Origin: Escherichia phage BEK12A
Length of the DNA: 52,716 nt
Direction: 5' to 3' (one strand)
Sequence record: MN158210.1
The translations under genes and the position numbers were made by a program. Under the pieces are notes generated by a model. The model ran no database searches. It was not told where the DNA came from and worked only from the letters and a program-made list of their open reading frames with translations. Positions 1-9,924 of this stretch are shown here, in pieces. Numbering within the stretch: position 1 is the stretch's first letter; the number at the start of each line of letters is the position of its first letter.

Positions 1-528
1 ATGGCTAAAAATGTTGAGCCTGCTGTAAAGGCATTAAATTTCAAAGAGTTATACAATAAAACTTATGGCGATATTGTCACGCTAAACAACCGCCACAAGT
101 ACACGCCGGAACAGGTTTTTGATATGGCGATCCGCTATTTCACTTGGGCCGAAGAGAATCACATCCAGGCGGCTGAAACTGCTTCCTTTCAGGGTGACGT
201 GTACGAGAGCAGAGTTTACAAGCCTCGCGTTTTCACGGTTAACGGATTCAGCTTGTATCTCGGCGTGACTGAGGCTGCCGTAAGCAAATGGCGTAAAGAG
301 CCTGGATTCTGCGATGTGATGGAGTTTGTTGATAAAGTAATTTACGAGCAAAAATTCCAGCTTGCGGCAAATAACATGATTAACGCTGGATTTATCGGTA
401 AAGAGATCGGAGTAGAGAAGCCAGCAACAGTGAGCGTTGAAGCGAGCGCGGCAGCTAATGCAAGCATTGACGCAGTAACTGCCGATGAGGTTAAAGAGGC
501 TGTGATTGATATTCTGGAGAAGATATAA
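1..528 (+). CDS. putative terminase small subunit
   Basis: 175-aa ORF directly upstream of the terL/HNH block; RBS GGAGGA sits at the extreme 3' end of the window (circular permutation); position-based call. Confidence 0.5.
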   Translation: MAKNVEPAVKALNFKELYNKTYGDIVTLNNRHKYTPEQVFDMAIRYFTWAEENHIQAAETASFQGDVYESRVYKPRVFTVNGFSLYLGVTEAAVSKWRKEPGFCDVMEFVDKVIYEQKFQLAANNMINAGFIGKEIGVEKPATVSVEASAAANASIDAVTADEVKEAVIDILEKI

Positions 529-1019
529 TGAACTACTCAGATTACTTTGTCTTATCTGACGAATCGCCAAGCGGCTTGAAATGGAAGGTTAACAAAGGTA
601 GATCTAAGGTTGGAGATAACGCGATAACTGCTATCAGTGGCGGCTACTATAAAGGCCGCCTTAACCAAAAAACTGTATATGCGCACAGAATTGTGTTTGC
701 ACTTTACTATGGCTTTGAGCCTGATGTTGTTGATCATATTGATGGTGATGGTTTGAACAATAATCCGTTAAATTTAAGGGATGGAACAAAAGCAACGAAT
801 AATCAAAACCGCGTGGTGTTTGGGGCTTACTATCACAAAAGGGATGGTGTTTTTTATTCCTCGATATGTGTTAACGGTGAAAGGTATCATTTAGGAACAT
901 TTAAAAGTGAGATTGAGGCAAGGGCTGCGTACATTTCAGCAAAGCCAAAATTTCACGAGTTCGCAAATATGGAGAGGTATAAACATGCTAATTTGGGAAG
1001 ACTTGACGCCAGCGCATAA
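528..1019 (+). CDS. HNH homing endonuclease (HNH plus AP2-like DNA-binding domain)
   Basis: HRIVFALYYG...DHIDGDGLNNNPLNLRDGTKATNNQNR motif; C-terminal AP2-like segment; overlaps terS stop (ATAATGA). Confidence 0.85.
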   Translation: MNYSDYFVLSDESPSGLKWKVNKGRSKVGDNAITAISGGYYKGRLNQKTVYAHRIVFALYYGFEPDVVDHIDGDGLNNNPLNLRDGTKATNNQNRVVFGAYYHKRDGVFYSSICVNGERYHLGTFKSEIEARAAYISAKPKFHEFANMERYKHANLGRLDASA

Positions 1020-2553
1020 AAGAGCAATCAAGGAAATGAGCGAGCACTCATTCGAAAAGATGATCAGAATATGGTTTCCTCTTTTGCAAGGTCAGAAATT
1101 CTTAGGAAACTGGCATTTCAGCTACCTATGTAGCGAAGTTGAAAAAATAATCAAAGGAGAGTCGCAGAATGTGATTTTCAACATTACGCCAGGTAGCGGT
1201 AAGACTGAGATTTTCTCGATCCACATGTCACCCTACGCGTCATTGAAAAGCCGGAAAGTGAGAAACCTTAACCTTTCGTTTAGTGATGGCCTTGTCCAGC
1301 AAAACAGCAACCGGATAAAGGAGATTATTGGTTCTCCTGAGTGGCAAGAGCTATGGCCTGGAAAACTGGCAAAGGCGAGCGCTAAAGATCTGATAGTCAC
1401 CGAAGGCGGCAAGGTTAAATTGCAAGTTAACTCACGTTCTATTGGCGGCCAGGTAACAGGTTTGCGTGGCGGCTATATGGATGATGGTTTTACTGGTATG
1501 CTGGTTCTTGACGATCCAGACAAGCCGGATGACATGCTTTCTAAGGTCAAGCGCGAGGCTATTCACATGCGGTTAAAAAACACAGTGCGATCGCGTCGAA
1601 TGAAAGACACCACGCCAATTGTTATGGTGCAACAGCGACTACACGTTAATGATTCCACCTGGTTCATGCTTAATGGCGGGATGGGTGGTATTGAGTTTAA
1701 AGTTGTGAGCATTCCGGCGCTGGTTACGAAAGAATACCGCGAAACGCTTCCTGATTGGTTAAGGCATGAGTTTGATCGCGATGTTTTGTCCAGCAAGCCA
1801 GTAATGATTGATGGAGTTGCTCATTATTCATTCTGGCCTGCTAAGGAAAGCGCGGAGGAATTACTTGCACTTCGCAATGCTGATCCGTACACGTTCGCTA
1901 GTCAGTACCAGCAACAGCCTGTTGCGCTTGGCGGTAACGTGTTTAAAACAGAGTGGTTTCAGTATTACGGCAGCAGCGAGAAATGCACGCTACCAAAACC
2001 GGATCGCTTTGAATATACATTTATCACGGTTGATACCGCGCAGAAAACAGGTGAGCTTAACGACTACTCCGTGATCTGTTATTGGGGGATGTATAAAGAT
2101 CGCGTTTACTTCATTGATGGTGTTCGCGGAAAATGGGAAGCACCAGACCTTGAGACTAATTTTGTTGCGTTCGTTAATCAGTGCTGGAAGCGCAATAAAG
2201 AATGCGGAACGTTGCGAAGGATTCATGTTGAAGATAAGTCATCTGGTACTGGCTTGATTCAGAGCGCAGCGAAAAAAATCATGATCAAGATCAATCCCGT
2301 TCAGCGAGATAAAGATAAGGTTACGCGAGCAATGGACGCAGCACCAGTAATGCGCGCCGGACGCGTGGCACTTCCAGAATCGCATCCTATGCTGGCTGAG
2401 ATACTCGCTGAAGTTGCGGCGTTTACATTCGATGATAGCCATCCTCATGATGATATTGTTGACACATTGATTGATGCCGTTAATATAGAAATGAACTTGG
2501 CAGACGATCCAGTTGGAAGAATGAAGAAGTTAGCAGGGCTTAGAAAGAGATGA
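985..2553 (+). CDS. terL: terminase large subunit
   Basis: ATG at codon 27 of the 907..2553 ORF preceded by GGAGAGG; Walker A-like NITPGSGKTE; C-terminal nuclease-like acidic residues; size typical. Confidence 0.85.
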   Translation: MLIWEDLTPAHKRAIKEMSEHSFEKMIRIWFPLLQGQKFLGNWHFSYLCSEVEKIIKGESQNVIFNITPGSGKTEIFSIHMSPYASLKSRKVRNLNLSFSDGLVQQNSNRIKEIIGSPEWQELWPGKLAKASAKDLIVTEGGKVKLQVNSRSIGGQVTGLRGGYMDDGFTGMLVLDDPDKPDDMLSKVKREAIHMRLKNTVRSRRMKDTTPIVMVQQRLHVNDSTWFMLNGGMGGIEFKVVSIPALVTKEYRETLPDWLRHEFDRDVLSSKPVMIDGVAHYSFWPAKESAEELLALRNADPYTFASQYQQQPVALGGNVFKTEWFQYYGSSEKCTLPKPDRFEYTFITVDTAQKTGELNDYSVICYWGMYKDRVYFIDGVRGKWEAPDLETNFVAFVNQCWKRNKECGTLRRIHVEDKSSGTGLIQSAAKKIMIKINPVQRDKDKVTRAMDAAPVMRAGRVALPESHPMLAEILAEVAAFTFDDSHPHDDIVDTLIDAVNIEMNLADDPVGRMKKLAGLRKR

Positions 2554-3032
2554 ATTGGCACGATATTTTCTATATAGAAGATGATAAGCTATTCAATAAA
2601 GTTGATAGGGGAGCAAGGGCAATGGCTGGCAAGGAGGCTGGCTGCTTGCATAAGAATAGCGGTTATGTAGTTGTAAGGGTTGACGATAAGCTGCTAAAAG
2701 CGCATAGGATAATTTACGAAATGCGCCACGGTGCAATACCAGAAGGAATGGAGGTTGACCACATAGACCACAATAGATCAAACAACTCTGACAGCAATCA
2801 TAGGCTGGTTACGCATAAGGAAAATACACAAAACGTAACAAGGAGAAAGACAAACAACAGTGGTTGCACTGGTGTTTATTGGTATGAGTCAAGATCAAAA
2901 TGGTGGTCTTTTATTGGAACTGGCAAGGGCAGAAAATCACTTGGCTATTATTCTGACTGGTTTGATGCCGTTTGCGCCAGAAAGAGAGCGGAGTTTGAGC
3001 TTGGTTATCACGAAAACCACGGCAAGAAATAG
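2550..3032 (+). CDS. HNH homing endonuclease
   Basis: HRIIYEMRHGAIPEGMEVDHIDHNRSNNSDSNHRLVTHKENTQN; paralog of 528..1019; overlaps terL stop. Confidence 0.85.
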   Translation: MNWHDIFYIEDDKLFNKVDRGARAMAGKEAGCLHKNSGYVVVRVDDKLLKAHRIIYEMRHGAIPEGMEVDHIDHNRSNNSDSNHRLVTHKENTQNVTRRKTNNSGCTGVYWYESRSKWWSFIGTGKGRKSLGYYSDWFDAVCARKRAEFELGYHENHGKK

Positions 3033-3058
3033 CACGAATCGACAAACCAATATATAAT
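3029..3058 (+). promoter_or_regulatory. variant copy of conserved 20-bp box (ATAGCACGAATCGACAAAC) with downstream TATAAT
   Basis: stop codon TAG of HNH gene embedded in box; same variant as copy near 49296. Confidence 0.35.
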
Positions 3059-3060
3059 CA

Positions 3061-3087
3061 AGGCTGGTAAATCCAGCCTTTTTTTAT
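3061..3087 (+). terminator. rho-independent terminator
   Basis: hairpin AGGCTGGTAAATCCAGCCT followed by TTTTTTTATT, then RBS GGAGG. Confidence 0.6.
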
Positions 3088-3100
3088 TGGAGGAAAGATA

Positions 3101-4381
3101 ATGAGTAAATCACGAATCGTTAAGGCTGACGGCTACAACGAGATCTTTAAAGGCGAGAATTGCAAATCGCGAGTAGAGCAACCATTCTACATGCAGTCAA
3201 TGCCATACAAGACGCTTGCTGACTTTTACGAAAAAGATGGCCTGGCAAAAAGGATTATTGACGTAGTACCAGAGGAAATGGTTTCCCCTGGCTTTACTGT
3301 TGACGGCGTGGCAGACGAGGCAGCATTCCGTTCTTTGTGGGATGAGAAGCGATTGAATGCAAAAATTATTGATGCGCTTTGCTGGTCGCGTTTGTTTGGC
3401 GGATCTGCAATCATTGCTCTTGTTCAGGATGGGCGAGCGCTCAAATCACCTGTAAAGCCTGGAGCTATTCTGGAAGATGTGCGCGTTTACGATCGCTATC
3501 AGATTCGCGTTGAAGCGCGCGAAACTAATCCCCGCAAGGTTCGCTATGGTGAGCCAGTGCTTTACACTGTAACGCCAGGCGGAGACTTGCCGGAATACCA
3601 GGTACACTACACGCGCGTTTGCATTATCGACGGTGAGCGGATAACTAACGCAAAGCGACGCAGCAATGATGGCTGGGGTGAGTCAGTTCTTAACAAGAGA
3701 CTTGTTGAGGCTATTGTTGATTATAACTATTGTGAAACATTAGCGACGCAATTATTGCGGCGTAAGCAGCAGGCAGTATGGAAAGCTAAAGGTCTTGCTG
3801 ACTTGTGTGATGATGAGGAAGGTGTTAGCGCGGCACGACTGAGACTTGCGCAGGTTGACGACGAGGGCGGTGTTGGCAAAGCAATTGGTATTGATGCTGA
3901 GGATGAGGAATATGATGTTCTTAATTCTGACATTAGCGGCGTTGATTCTTTTCTGGAAAAGAAAATGGATCGCATAGTTTCCCTTTCAGGTATTCATGAA
4001 ATAATCCTGAAAAATAAAAACGTTGGCGGCGTTAGCGCAAGCCAAAACACGGCGCTTGAAACATTCTATAAGCTGATTGAACGAAAACGCATTGAGGATT
4101 ACAAGCCTATCCTTGAATTTCTATTGCCGTTCATCATTAGCGAGCAGGAGTGGAGCATTGAGTTTTCACCTTTGAGCGTGCCTAGCGATAAAGATCAGGC
4201 TGAAATTCTGAATAAGAATATCGACTCAATCAGCAAGGCTATTGATGGTCAGTTCCTTGATGTTGAAGAAGCGCGAGACACGTTGCGAGCAATCGCCCCA
4301 AGCGTTAAACTAAAGGACACTAATAAAATCAAGCTGCCGGAGCCAGCGGAGCCGGAGCCAGGCACACAGGGGAATGAGTAA
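3101..4381 (+). CDS. portal protein
   Basis: 426 aa, immediately downstream of terL, acidic C-terminus; synteny with siphovirus head modules. Confidence 0.75.
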   Translation: MSKSRIVKADGYNEIFKGENCKSRVEQPFYMQSMPYKTLADFYEKDGLAKRIIDVVPEEMVSPGFTVDGVADEAAFRSLWDEKRLNAKIIDALCWSRLFGGSAIIALVQDGRALKSPVKPGAILEDVRVYDRYQIRVEARETNPRKVRYGEPVLYTVTPGGDLPEYQVHYTRVCIIDGERITNAKRRSNDGWGESVLNKRLVEAIVDYNYCETLATQLLRRKQQAVWKAKGLADLCDDEEGVSAARLRLAQVDDEGGVGKAIGIDAEDEEYDVLNSDISGVDSFLEKKMDRIVSLSGIHEIILKNKNVGGVSASQNTALETFYKLIERKRIEDYKPILEFLLPFIISEQEWSIEFSPLSVPSDKDQAEILNKNIDSISKAIDGQFLDVEEARDTLRAIAPSVKLKDTNKIKLPEPAEPEPGTQGNE

Positions 4382-5145
4382 TGAAAGTGAAGGGCGTCGT
4401 TAAACAATGGCGCTTTCCTGAAGCAAGCGAGCGGCAACTTAGCCGCTCAATTCAGGAGGCAATTAGAGATCTTGTAATTCTCATGCGCAAGCGAACAAAA
4501 GCGATGAAGTTTGACGCAACGGATAATGAGATCAACAGCGCAGAAGATGAAATTAACAGCCTGGCAACTGACCTTATAGCTGGCATTGTTTCCACTCTTC
4601 CTGCAATCGCGTTGACCATTTATAAATTCAATGCGAAGCAGTTTATCAATGTTGCCAAGTCAACTGGCGGAAAGGATAACACGGCGGTAATTGTTTTGAT
4701 CGCGGTTGGCGCTAACGCTAACGAGGAGTGGTATAAGACGCTTTACGGTCAATGGCACGGACTTACAGAATCATCGCTAAGGAAGTTATTCACAAATATT
4801 GTGTCTGACTGGTCAACAAACATTCGCAATGCAAACTTTCGCGGAAGCAATGATAAACAGGTTAATGATCTTGCAGAAAAGAGATTTGCTGTTTATAGCT
4901 CCTGGGGTAAAACGAGATCAGAAAACATTATCGGCGCGTGGAATAGTCGCCTGATGCGCCAGCGCCTTTATGATGCTAAGGTGACTCATTATTTCTGGCA
5001 TGGAATGTTAGATGATAGAGAGCGCTTGCAGCATGTGTTATGGGAAGGTAAAAGAATAGCGCTTGATGCAATTCATGATTTCCCTGGTGAGCCGTGGGGT
5101 TGTCGTTGCTGGGCGATTCCAGATTGGAATAATAAAGGAGAGTAA
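4381..5145 (+). CDS. head morphogenesis / minor head protein
   Basis: 254 aa after portal, ATGA overlap; position-based call (SPP1 gp7 / Mu F-like slot). Confidence 0.55.
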   Translation: MKVKGVVKQWRFPEASERQLSRSIQEAIRDLVILMRKRTKAMKFDATDNEINSAEDEINSLATDLIAGIVSTLPAIALTIYKFNAKQFINVAKSTGGKDNTAVIVLIAVGANANEEWYKTLYGQWHGLTESSLRKLFTNIVSDWSTNIRNANFRGSNDKQVNDLAEKRFAVYSSWGKTRSENIIGAWNSRLMRQRLYDAKVTHYFWHGMLDDRERLQHVLWEGKRIALDAIHDFPGEPWGCRCWAIPDWNNKGE

Positions 5146-5148
5146 TTA

Positions 5149-6261
5149 ATGAAGGCAAAACAAAGATTTGATAGCGTCCAGGTTAAGGCGCATTTTGATG
5201 ATAATGGCTTTTTAGTGGATCGCCCAATTGTGGCGCGAATTGGTTTGCAGGAGTACCGCACACCGTATGGAATCAGACGAGAGTTCCGACCAGCGTCAGA
5301 GGTGTTTAAGGCTGATTCGCTTGCTACGTTCGCAGGCAAGCCGATCACTATCGGTCACGTCACGGTAACGCCAGACAATGCGGATCAGGTTGTTGTTGGT
5401 TCATGCGCTGGCGCTGGTGTTCCAAATGGGATTGGCGTTGAAGTTCCGTTAAGCATTTACTCAAAGCGAGCAATTGAGAGTGCAAAAAAGAAAGACACGG
5501 CGGAAATTTCAGTTGGTTACACATCGGTTGATATTGACAAGCCAGGCTGGGGTAATAATAAAACTGGTGATTACTTGTTTGAGGAAGACCTCAAGGAAGA
5601 CTGGAAGCCTGATTCTTCTGATTGGGTTAAATTTGACGCCATTCAGACGAACATCCGTGTTAATCACATTGCACTTGTCTTTCGTGGTCGTGCTGGCATT
5701 GCCAAATTAAATCTTGATAGTGAACAGGATTTTCCGTATAGTGACGAGGTTCTAAATGACAAAGGAGATGAGGAAATGACAGTAAAAATTAAACTTGATG
5801 GCGCGGTAGAATTTGATGTTCCAAAGGCCGTTGCTGATCATATTGAGGCGTTAAAGGCAGATGCAAAAGCTGCAACCGAAAAAGCTGATGGCCTTGAGGC
5901 AGAGCGCGACGCCCTGAAAACTAAAGTCGATGGCATTCCGGCGCAGATTGCAGAAGCTGTTAAGAAGGCAAAGACTGACGCAGAAGAACACGCCAAGCTG
6001 GTTGCAGATGCAACTGAAATTGGCATCAAGTGTGACGGATTGGACGCTAAAGCGATCAAGGTTGCTTACGTCAAAGAAGTCACTGGCGCTGATATTTCAG
6101 AAAAAGCCGATGCATATATTGAAACAGCTTTTGACCTTGCGAAGCAGTCTGATAAAATGGCGGCGCAGCGTAAATCTGTTAAGGGCGATTCTTTCGAATC
6201 TGGCAAGAGTGAAAAAACCGACTCCCTTGATCCGACTGCGCGTTTGAAAAAACTTAAATAA
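5149..6261 (+). CDS. putative prohead protease / scaffolding protein
   Basis: 370 aa; N-terminal globular part plus Ala/Lys/Glu-rich coiled-coil C-terminus typical of scaffolds; position between portal and capsid. Confidence 0.5.
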   Translation: MKAKQRFDSVQVKAHFDDNGFLVDRPIVARIGLQEYRTPYGIRREFRPASEVFKADSLATFAGKPITIGHVTVTPDNADQVVVGSCAGAGVPNGIGVEVPLSIYSKRAIESAKKKDTAEISVGYTSVDIDKPGWGNNKTGDYLFEEDLKEDWKPDSSDWVKFDAIQTNIRVNHIALVFRGRAGIAKLNLDSEQDFPYSDEVLNDKGDEEMTVKIKLDGAVEFDVPKAVADHIEALKADAKAATEKADGLEAERDALKTKVDGIPAQIAEAVKKAKTDAEEHAKLVADATEIGIKCDGLDAKAIKVAYVKEVTGADISEKADAYIETAFDLAKQSDKMAAQRKSVKGDSFESGKSEKTDSLDPTARLKKLK

Positions 6262-6273
6262 GGAGAAATAAAC

Positions 6274-6786
6274 ATGGCTACAATTGGAGCAAGTTATTTT
6301 GCTGTAATGTCTCGTGCGTTACCTGGTCAGGTTTCTGACACTTCAGCTTATAATATTGATGGCGCTTGTGTTCTTGAGAATGCGGCAGGCAATCAGAATA
6401 AGTCTGTTTTTGTTGGTGTGGCGGTCCAGCATGGCGGCGTTGATGCTATGGGCAATAAGCTAATTAAGCCGATGGCGGCAAGCGGCAAGGCTTACGGCGT
6501 TGCAATTCGATCTCACTTTCAGACAACTTCGTCTGACGGTCGAATGATTTATGAATCTGGCGGCGGAATCAACGTAATGACTGAGGGGCGTGTTTGGATG
6601 TTGGCTAAAGACGCTTCCGCTCCAGCGTTCGGCGCTGCAATCAAACTTTCTGATGATGGTCAGGTTGATACCGCGTCTGGCACTATCGAAACAAACTGGA
6701 TCGCGACTGGTGATTTCACCGAGTTTCAAGGCTTGAAGCTGGTAGAGGTTCAGGTGCAAAAAGTTCCGGCAGTTTCAGCAGGTTAA
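6274..6786 (+). CDS. structural protein, possible head decoration protein
   Basis: 170 aa; paralogous to the next ORF (shared G-R-x-W-x-L block); location upstream of capsid gene. Confidence 0.4.
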   Translation: MATIGASYFAVMSRALPGQVSDTSAYNIDGACVLENAAGNQNKSVFVGVAVQHGGVDAMGNKLIKPMAASGKAYGVAIRSHFQTTSSDGRMIYESGGGINVMTEGRVWMLAKDASAPAFGAAIKLSDDGQVDTASGTIETNWIATGDFTEFQGLKLVEVQVQKVPAVSAG

Positions 6787-6792
6787 TAAATA

Positions 6793-6816
6793 TGGCGCTC
6801 ACTGAGCGCCTTTTTT
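6793..6816 (+). terminator. rho-independent terminator
   Basis: GGCGCTCACTGAGCGCC hairpin plus TTTTTTAT. Confidence 0.6.
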
Positions 6817-6831
6817 ATATTTGGGGTTATC

Positions 6832-7266
6832 ATGAGTGATTATTCAGTCATTGTTGGCGCTGAGTCGCCAGGGTGCATGGTCGATTCTTCAATAATGGTG
6901 ATTAACGGATCTTTCGTGTGCGGAGATGAATTTATTGCGCCAGGTAAGATTGTGCGACTATCACATATAATAAATGGATACAAAATAGCAAGTGTTAATG
7001 GGGATCTTGTTATTGGCGTGGCAGTAAGGCCGCCGGACTCGTGCATATATGAGGAGGGTGATCCCGTTAATGTGGTTAGTAGAGGTAGTGTGTGGTGCTT
7101 AACTTCTGAGAGCGAAGCGCCAGAATATGGAGATAAAGTATTTGTAACGCAAGATGGAGATGCTGCATACAGTGAAGGCGACTTGCTGAGCGGTTGGATC
7201 TTTACTGGCGAACATGTAAAGGTTGATCATGATTCATATATTGTCGGGGTAAGCATTAGCGCATAA
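6832..7266 (+). CDS. structural protein, paralog of 6274..6786
   Basis: 144 aa; shared motif with the preceding ORF. Confidence 0.4.
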   Translation: MSDYSVIVGAESPGCMVDSSIMVINGSFVCGDEFIAPGKIVRLSHIINGYKIASVNGDLVIGVAVRPPDSCIYEEGDPVNVVSRGSVWCLTSESEAPEYGDKVFVTQDGDAAYSEGDLLSGWIFTGEHVKVDHDSYIVGVSISA

Positions 7267-7284
7267 CACAAAATTATGTTGCAC

Positions 7285-7303
7285 GTTTAACAAAAAATGC
7301 TAT
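7285..7303 (-). promoter_or_regulatory. conserved 20-bp box, reverse orientation, abutting capsid gene leader
   Basis: GTTTAACAAAAAATGCTAT on the plus strand equals the box on the minus strand. Confidence 0.5.
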
Positions 7304-7349
7304 CATTGTGGCGTTACATACTAACGGCCTTTATATATGGAGGAAGAAA

Positions 7350-8324
7350 ATGGAAAAAGAAAAATTTGATCAGCTAGATGCGGATATTGTTTCTAGCTAT
7401 CTGGCTACTCGCGGCGTTAAGGGTGATGCTTCTGATATGGGTATCTGGACGGCGCAAGAGCTTCACAAGATCCGCTCAACTGCTTACGAGAAAGAATATC
7501 CGGCAGGTTCAGCGCTTCGTGTATTCCCTGTAACTAATGAGCTTTCTGATACTGATAAGACTTTTGAATATCAGATGTTTGACAAGGTTGGTTACGCAAA
7601 AATTATCGCTGATTACACCGACGATCTGCCGACCGTTGACGCGCTGATGTCCAGCGAATTTGGTAAAGTGTTCCGCTTGGGTAACGCGTTCTTGATCTCC
7701 ATTGACGAAATCAAGGCTGGTCAGCGCACTGGTAAGAGCCTTTCCACTCGCAAGGCAAACGCAGCGCAAAACGCTCATGATCAGGAAGTTAACCGCCTGG
7801 TGTTTAAGGGTTCAAAGCCGCATAAGATTCTTTCGGTGTTTGAGCACCCTAACCTGACAAAGATCGTGTCAACTGGCTGGTTAAGTGCTGATGAAAACAC
7901 TAAGTTCCCGCAGGCGGCATCTGATGAACTGGAAAAGGCTATTGAAACAATTCAGAACATCACCAATGGTCAGCACCGAGCAACCAACATCCTGATTCCG
8001 CCGTCTATGCGCAAGGTTCTTTCCGTTCGAATGGAAAACACCACTGAAAGTTATCTGGAATACTTCCAGAAACAAAACAGCGGAATCACCATTGACTCAA
8101 TCGCAGAGCTTGAGGATATTGATGGCACAGGAACGAAAGGTTGCCTGGTATATGAGAAAGACCCGATGAACATGTCGATCGAAATTCCAGAAGCATTTAA
8201 CATGCTTCCTGCGCAACCAAAAGATCTGCATTTCAAAGTTCCGTGTACTTCAAAATGTACTGGCCTGACGATTTACCGTCCGTTTACGCTAGTGCTTATT
8301 ACTGGCTTGAAAAAATCAAGTTAA
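7350..8324 (+). CDS. major capsid protein
   Basis: ATG at codon 15 of the 7308 ORF preceded by GGAGGA; about 324 aa; strong terminator downstream; position in module. Confidence 0.7.
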   Translation: MEKEKFDQLDADIVSSYLATRGVKGDASDMGIWTAQELHKIRSTAYEKEYPAGSALRVFPVTNELSDTDKTFEYQMFDKVGYAKIIADYTDDLPTVDALMSSEFGKVFRLGNAFLISIDEIKAGQRTGKSLSTRKANAAQNAHDQEVNRLVFKGSKPHKILSVFEHPNLTKIVSTGWLSADENTKFPQAASDELEKAIETIQNITNGQHRATNILIPPSMRKVLSVRMENTTESYLEYFQKQNSGITIDSIAELEDIDGTGTKGCLVYEKDPMNMSIEIPEAFNMLPAQPKDLHFKVPCTSKCTGLTIYRPFTLVLITGLKKSS

Positions 8325-8336
8325 TCGTATAGCATT

Positions 8337-8366
8337 GGGGAATCCTTAACTGGATTCCCTTTTTTA
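8337..8366 (+). terminator. rho-independent terminator
   Basis: GGGAATCCTTAACTGGATTCCC hairpin plus TTTTTTATT, then RBS GGAGG. Confidence 0.65.
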
Positions 8367-8380
8367 TTGGAGGTTATGAA

Positions 8381-8653
8381 ATGGCTAAAGAAAAAACTGT
8401 AACGCTAAAGGTTTCCGGCGTGTGCCTTATCATTGTTGATGGTGAGCATTATCATCCAGGCAAAGAGTTTGACGTAGAAGAATCAAAATTGAAAACAAGC
8501 GCGTTTGAATATCTAATTGCAAAAGGCGATCTGGAGGTTAAAGACAACTCCGCATTGAACGAAGAAATCAAACAGAGCGCAGCAAGCAAACGTAAAAAAG
8601 ACCCGCGAGAGGGCAAGAGCAAAGCCGAACTTGAAGACGGCGGCATCTATTAA
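8381..8653 (+). CDS. hypothetical head-associated protein
   Basis: 90 aa ORF with RBS, between two hairpins. Confidence 0.45.
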   Translation: MAKEKTVTLKVSGVCLIIVDGEHYHPGKEFDVEESKLKTSAFEYLIAKGDLEVKDNSALNEEIKQSAASKRKKDPREGKSKAELEDGGIY

Positions 8654-8657
8654 TAAA

Positions 8658-8682
8658 GAGGGCGCTATAAGCGCCCTTTGTC
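8658..8682 (+). terminator. possible weak terminator hairpin
   Basis: AGGGCGCTATAAGCGCCCT with a short T-run. Confidence 0.3.
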
Positions 8683-8700
8683 ACATCTGGAGAAAACAAA

Positions 8701-9120
8701 ATGGTAGATGAATTTTACACAGACGCTGAAATCATGCAGCAGATCGTAAAGTTAGCGCCGCCAATGCAACAGGTTGATCCCGATTTAATTGTGGCATGGA
8801 TTGAGCTTGCTAAAGAGTTTGTTTGCAAAAAGCGTTTTAAAAACTCATACCCGAAAGCAGTTGCGCTTTACACTCTTCACCTTATGACCTTAGACGGGGC
8901 AATGAAACAGGAAGGTGAAAGCGTAGAAAGCTATTCCCGCCGCGTCGCCTCGTTCACTCTGACTGGTGAGTTTAGTCAGACGTTTGATCGAATCTCTTCC
9001 GATACAAGCGGAAAGCAGATCCGACAAACGCCGTGGGGCAAAATGTACGAAGTGTTAAACCGTAAGCACGGTGGCGGTTTTGGCCTTGTAACTGGATTGC
9101 GCCGGAGATGTTGCCGATGA
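8701..9120 (+). CDS. putative head-tail connector / adaptor protein
   Basis: 139 aa; position after capsid; overlapping stop/start with the next gene. Confidence 0.45.
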   Translation: MVDEFYTDAEIMQQIVKLAPPMQQVDPDLIVAWIELAKEFVCKKRFKNSYPKAVALYTLHLMTLDGAMKQEGESVESYSRRVASFTLTGEFSQTFDRISSDTSGKQIRQTPWGKMYEVLNRKHGGGFGLVTGLRRRCCR

Positions 9121-9491
9121 ACTACAATGAGATTGCAAGAATGGCTACTGCTGGGATTAACTTTTTCAGCGACGCTAACGGTATGTTTAAGTGCATCACG
9201 CAGCAGGGAGGAGTTGAGATTATCGGCGGAGAGGAAGTTACCAAGCCGGAGATTTCAGTGATGATAAAGGGGCTTGTTAGATCCCCGAAAACTAGAGAGG
9301 TTGACGGTGAAACAATCCGAGTAACCGACAAGTTGGGGATATTCACCAATGAAACTGAGATCAAAAATGGTTATCAGATTGAGATTGATGGCGAACGTTA
9401 TGTTGTCGTTGAAGCAAGACCAGTCAGGCAGACTAACATCACGGCGGCTTATCGTCCGATATTAAGGAGGATTGCTGTGCATGGCGGATAA
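9108..9491 (+). CDS. putative head closure / neck protein
   Basis: 127 aa, translationally coupled in the connector block. Confidence 0.4.
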   Translation: MLPMNYNEIARMATAGINFFSDANGMFKCITQQGGVEIIGGEEVTKPEISVMIKGLVRSPKTREVDGETIRVTDKLGIFTNETEIKNGYQIEIDGERYVVVEARPVRQTNITAAYRPILRRIAVHGG

Positions 9492-9924
9492 TTATAAGAT
9501 CAGGGAATTTCACGGCGATATAAGCAGGTGGATTGATTCAGTAAGCAGCGGCCTTGTTGATTGCGTTGAAATGTTCGCGACAAACGTCCACGAGGATCTT
9601 GTAAAGCGCTCGCCAGTTGATACGGGCCGATATAAAGCTAACTGGCAGATAACAGCAAACAAGCCGCCGCTATATGCGCTCAACCAATACGATCGCGATG
9701 GTAGTAAAACCATTGCAGAAGGCAAGCGAGCAATATATGCAATCATGCGTGGCGGTGGCGCGGTGCGGTCAATCTATTTTTCAAACATGCTAATTTACGC
9801 CAACGCGCTTGAATACGGTCATTCAAAACAAGCGCCGTCCGGCATACTTGGAATCGTGGCGGTAAAGCTGCGATCTTATATGGCTAAGGCAATAAAGGAT
9901 TCGAGGGCAAAAAATGCACTATGA
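9481..9924 (+). CDS. putative neck / tail completion protein
   Basis: ATG at codon 4 of the 9472 ORF (ORF-track start is TTG); coupled to the upstream stop. Confidence 0.4.
   Translation: MADNYKIREFHGDISRWIDSVSSGLVDCVEMFATNVHEDLVKRSPVDTGRYKANWQITANKPPLYALNQYDRDGSKTIAEGKRAIYAIMRGGGAVRSIYFSNMLIYANALEYGHSKQAPSGILGIVAVKLRSYMAKAIKDSRAKNAL

Noticed and set aside
82-570. 162-aa minus-strand ORF overlapping terS
   Set aside because: Antisense shadow of the terS gene; no RBS and no operon context on the minus strand in the structural module.
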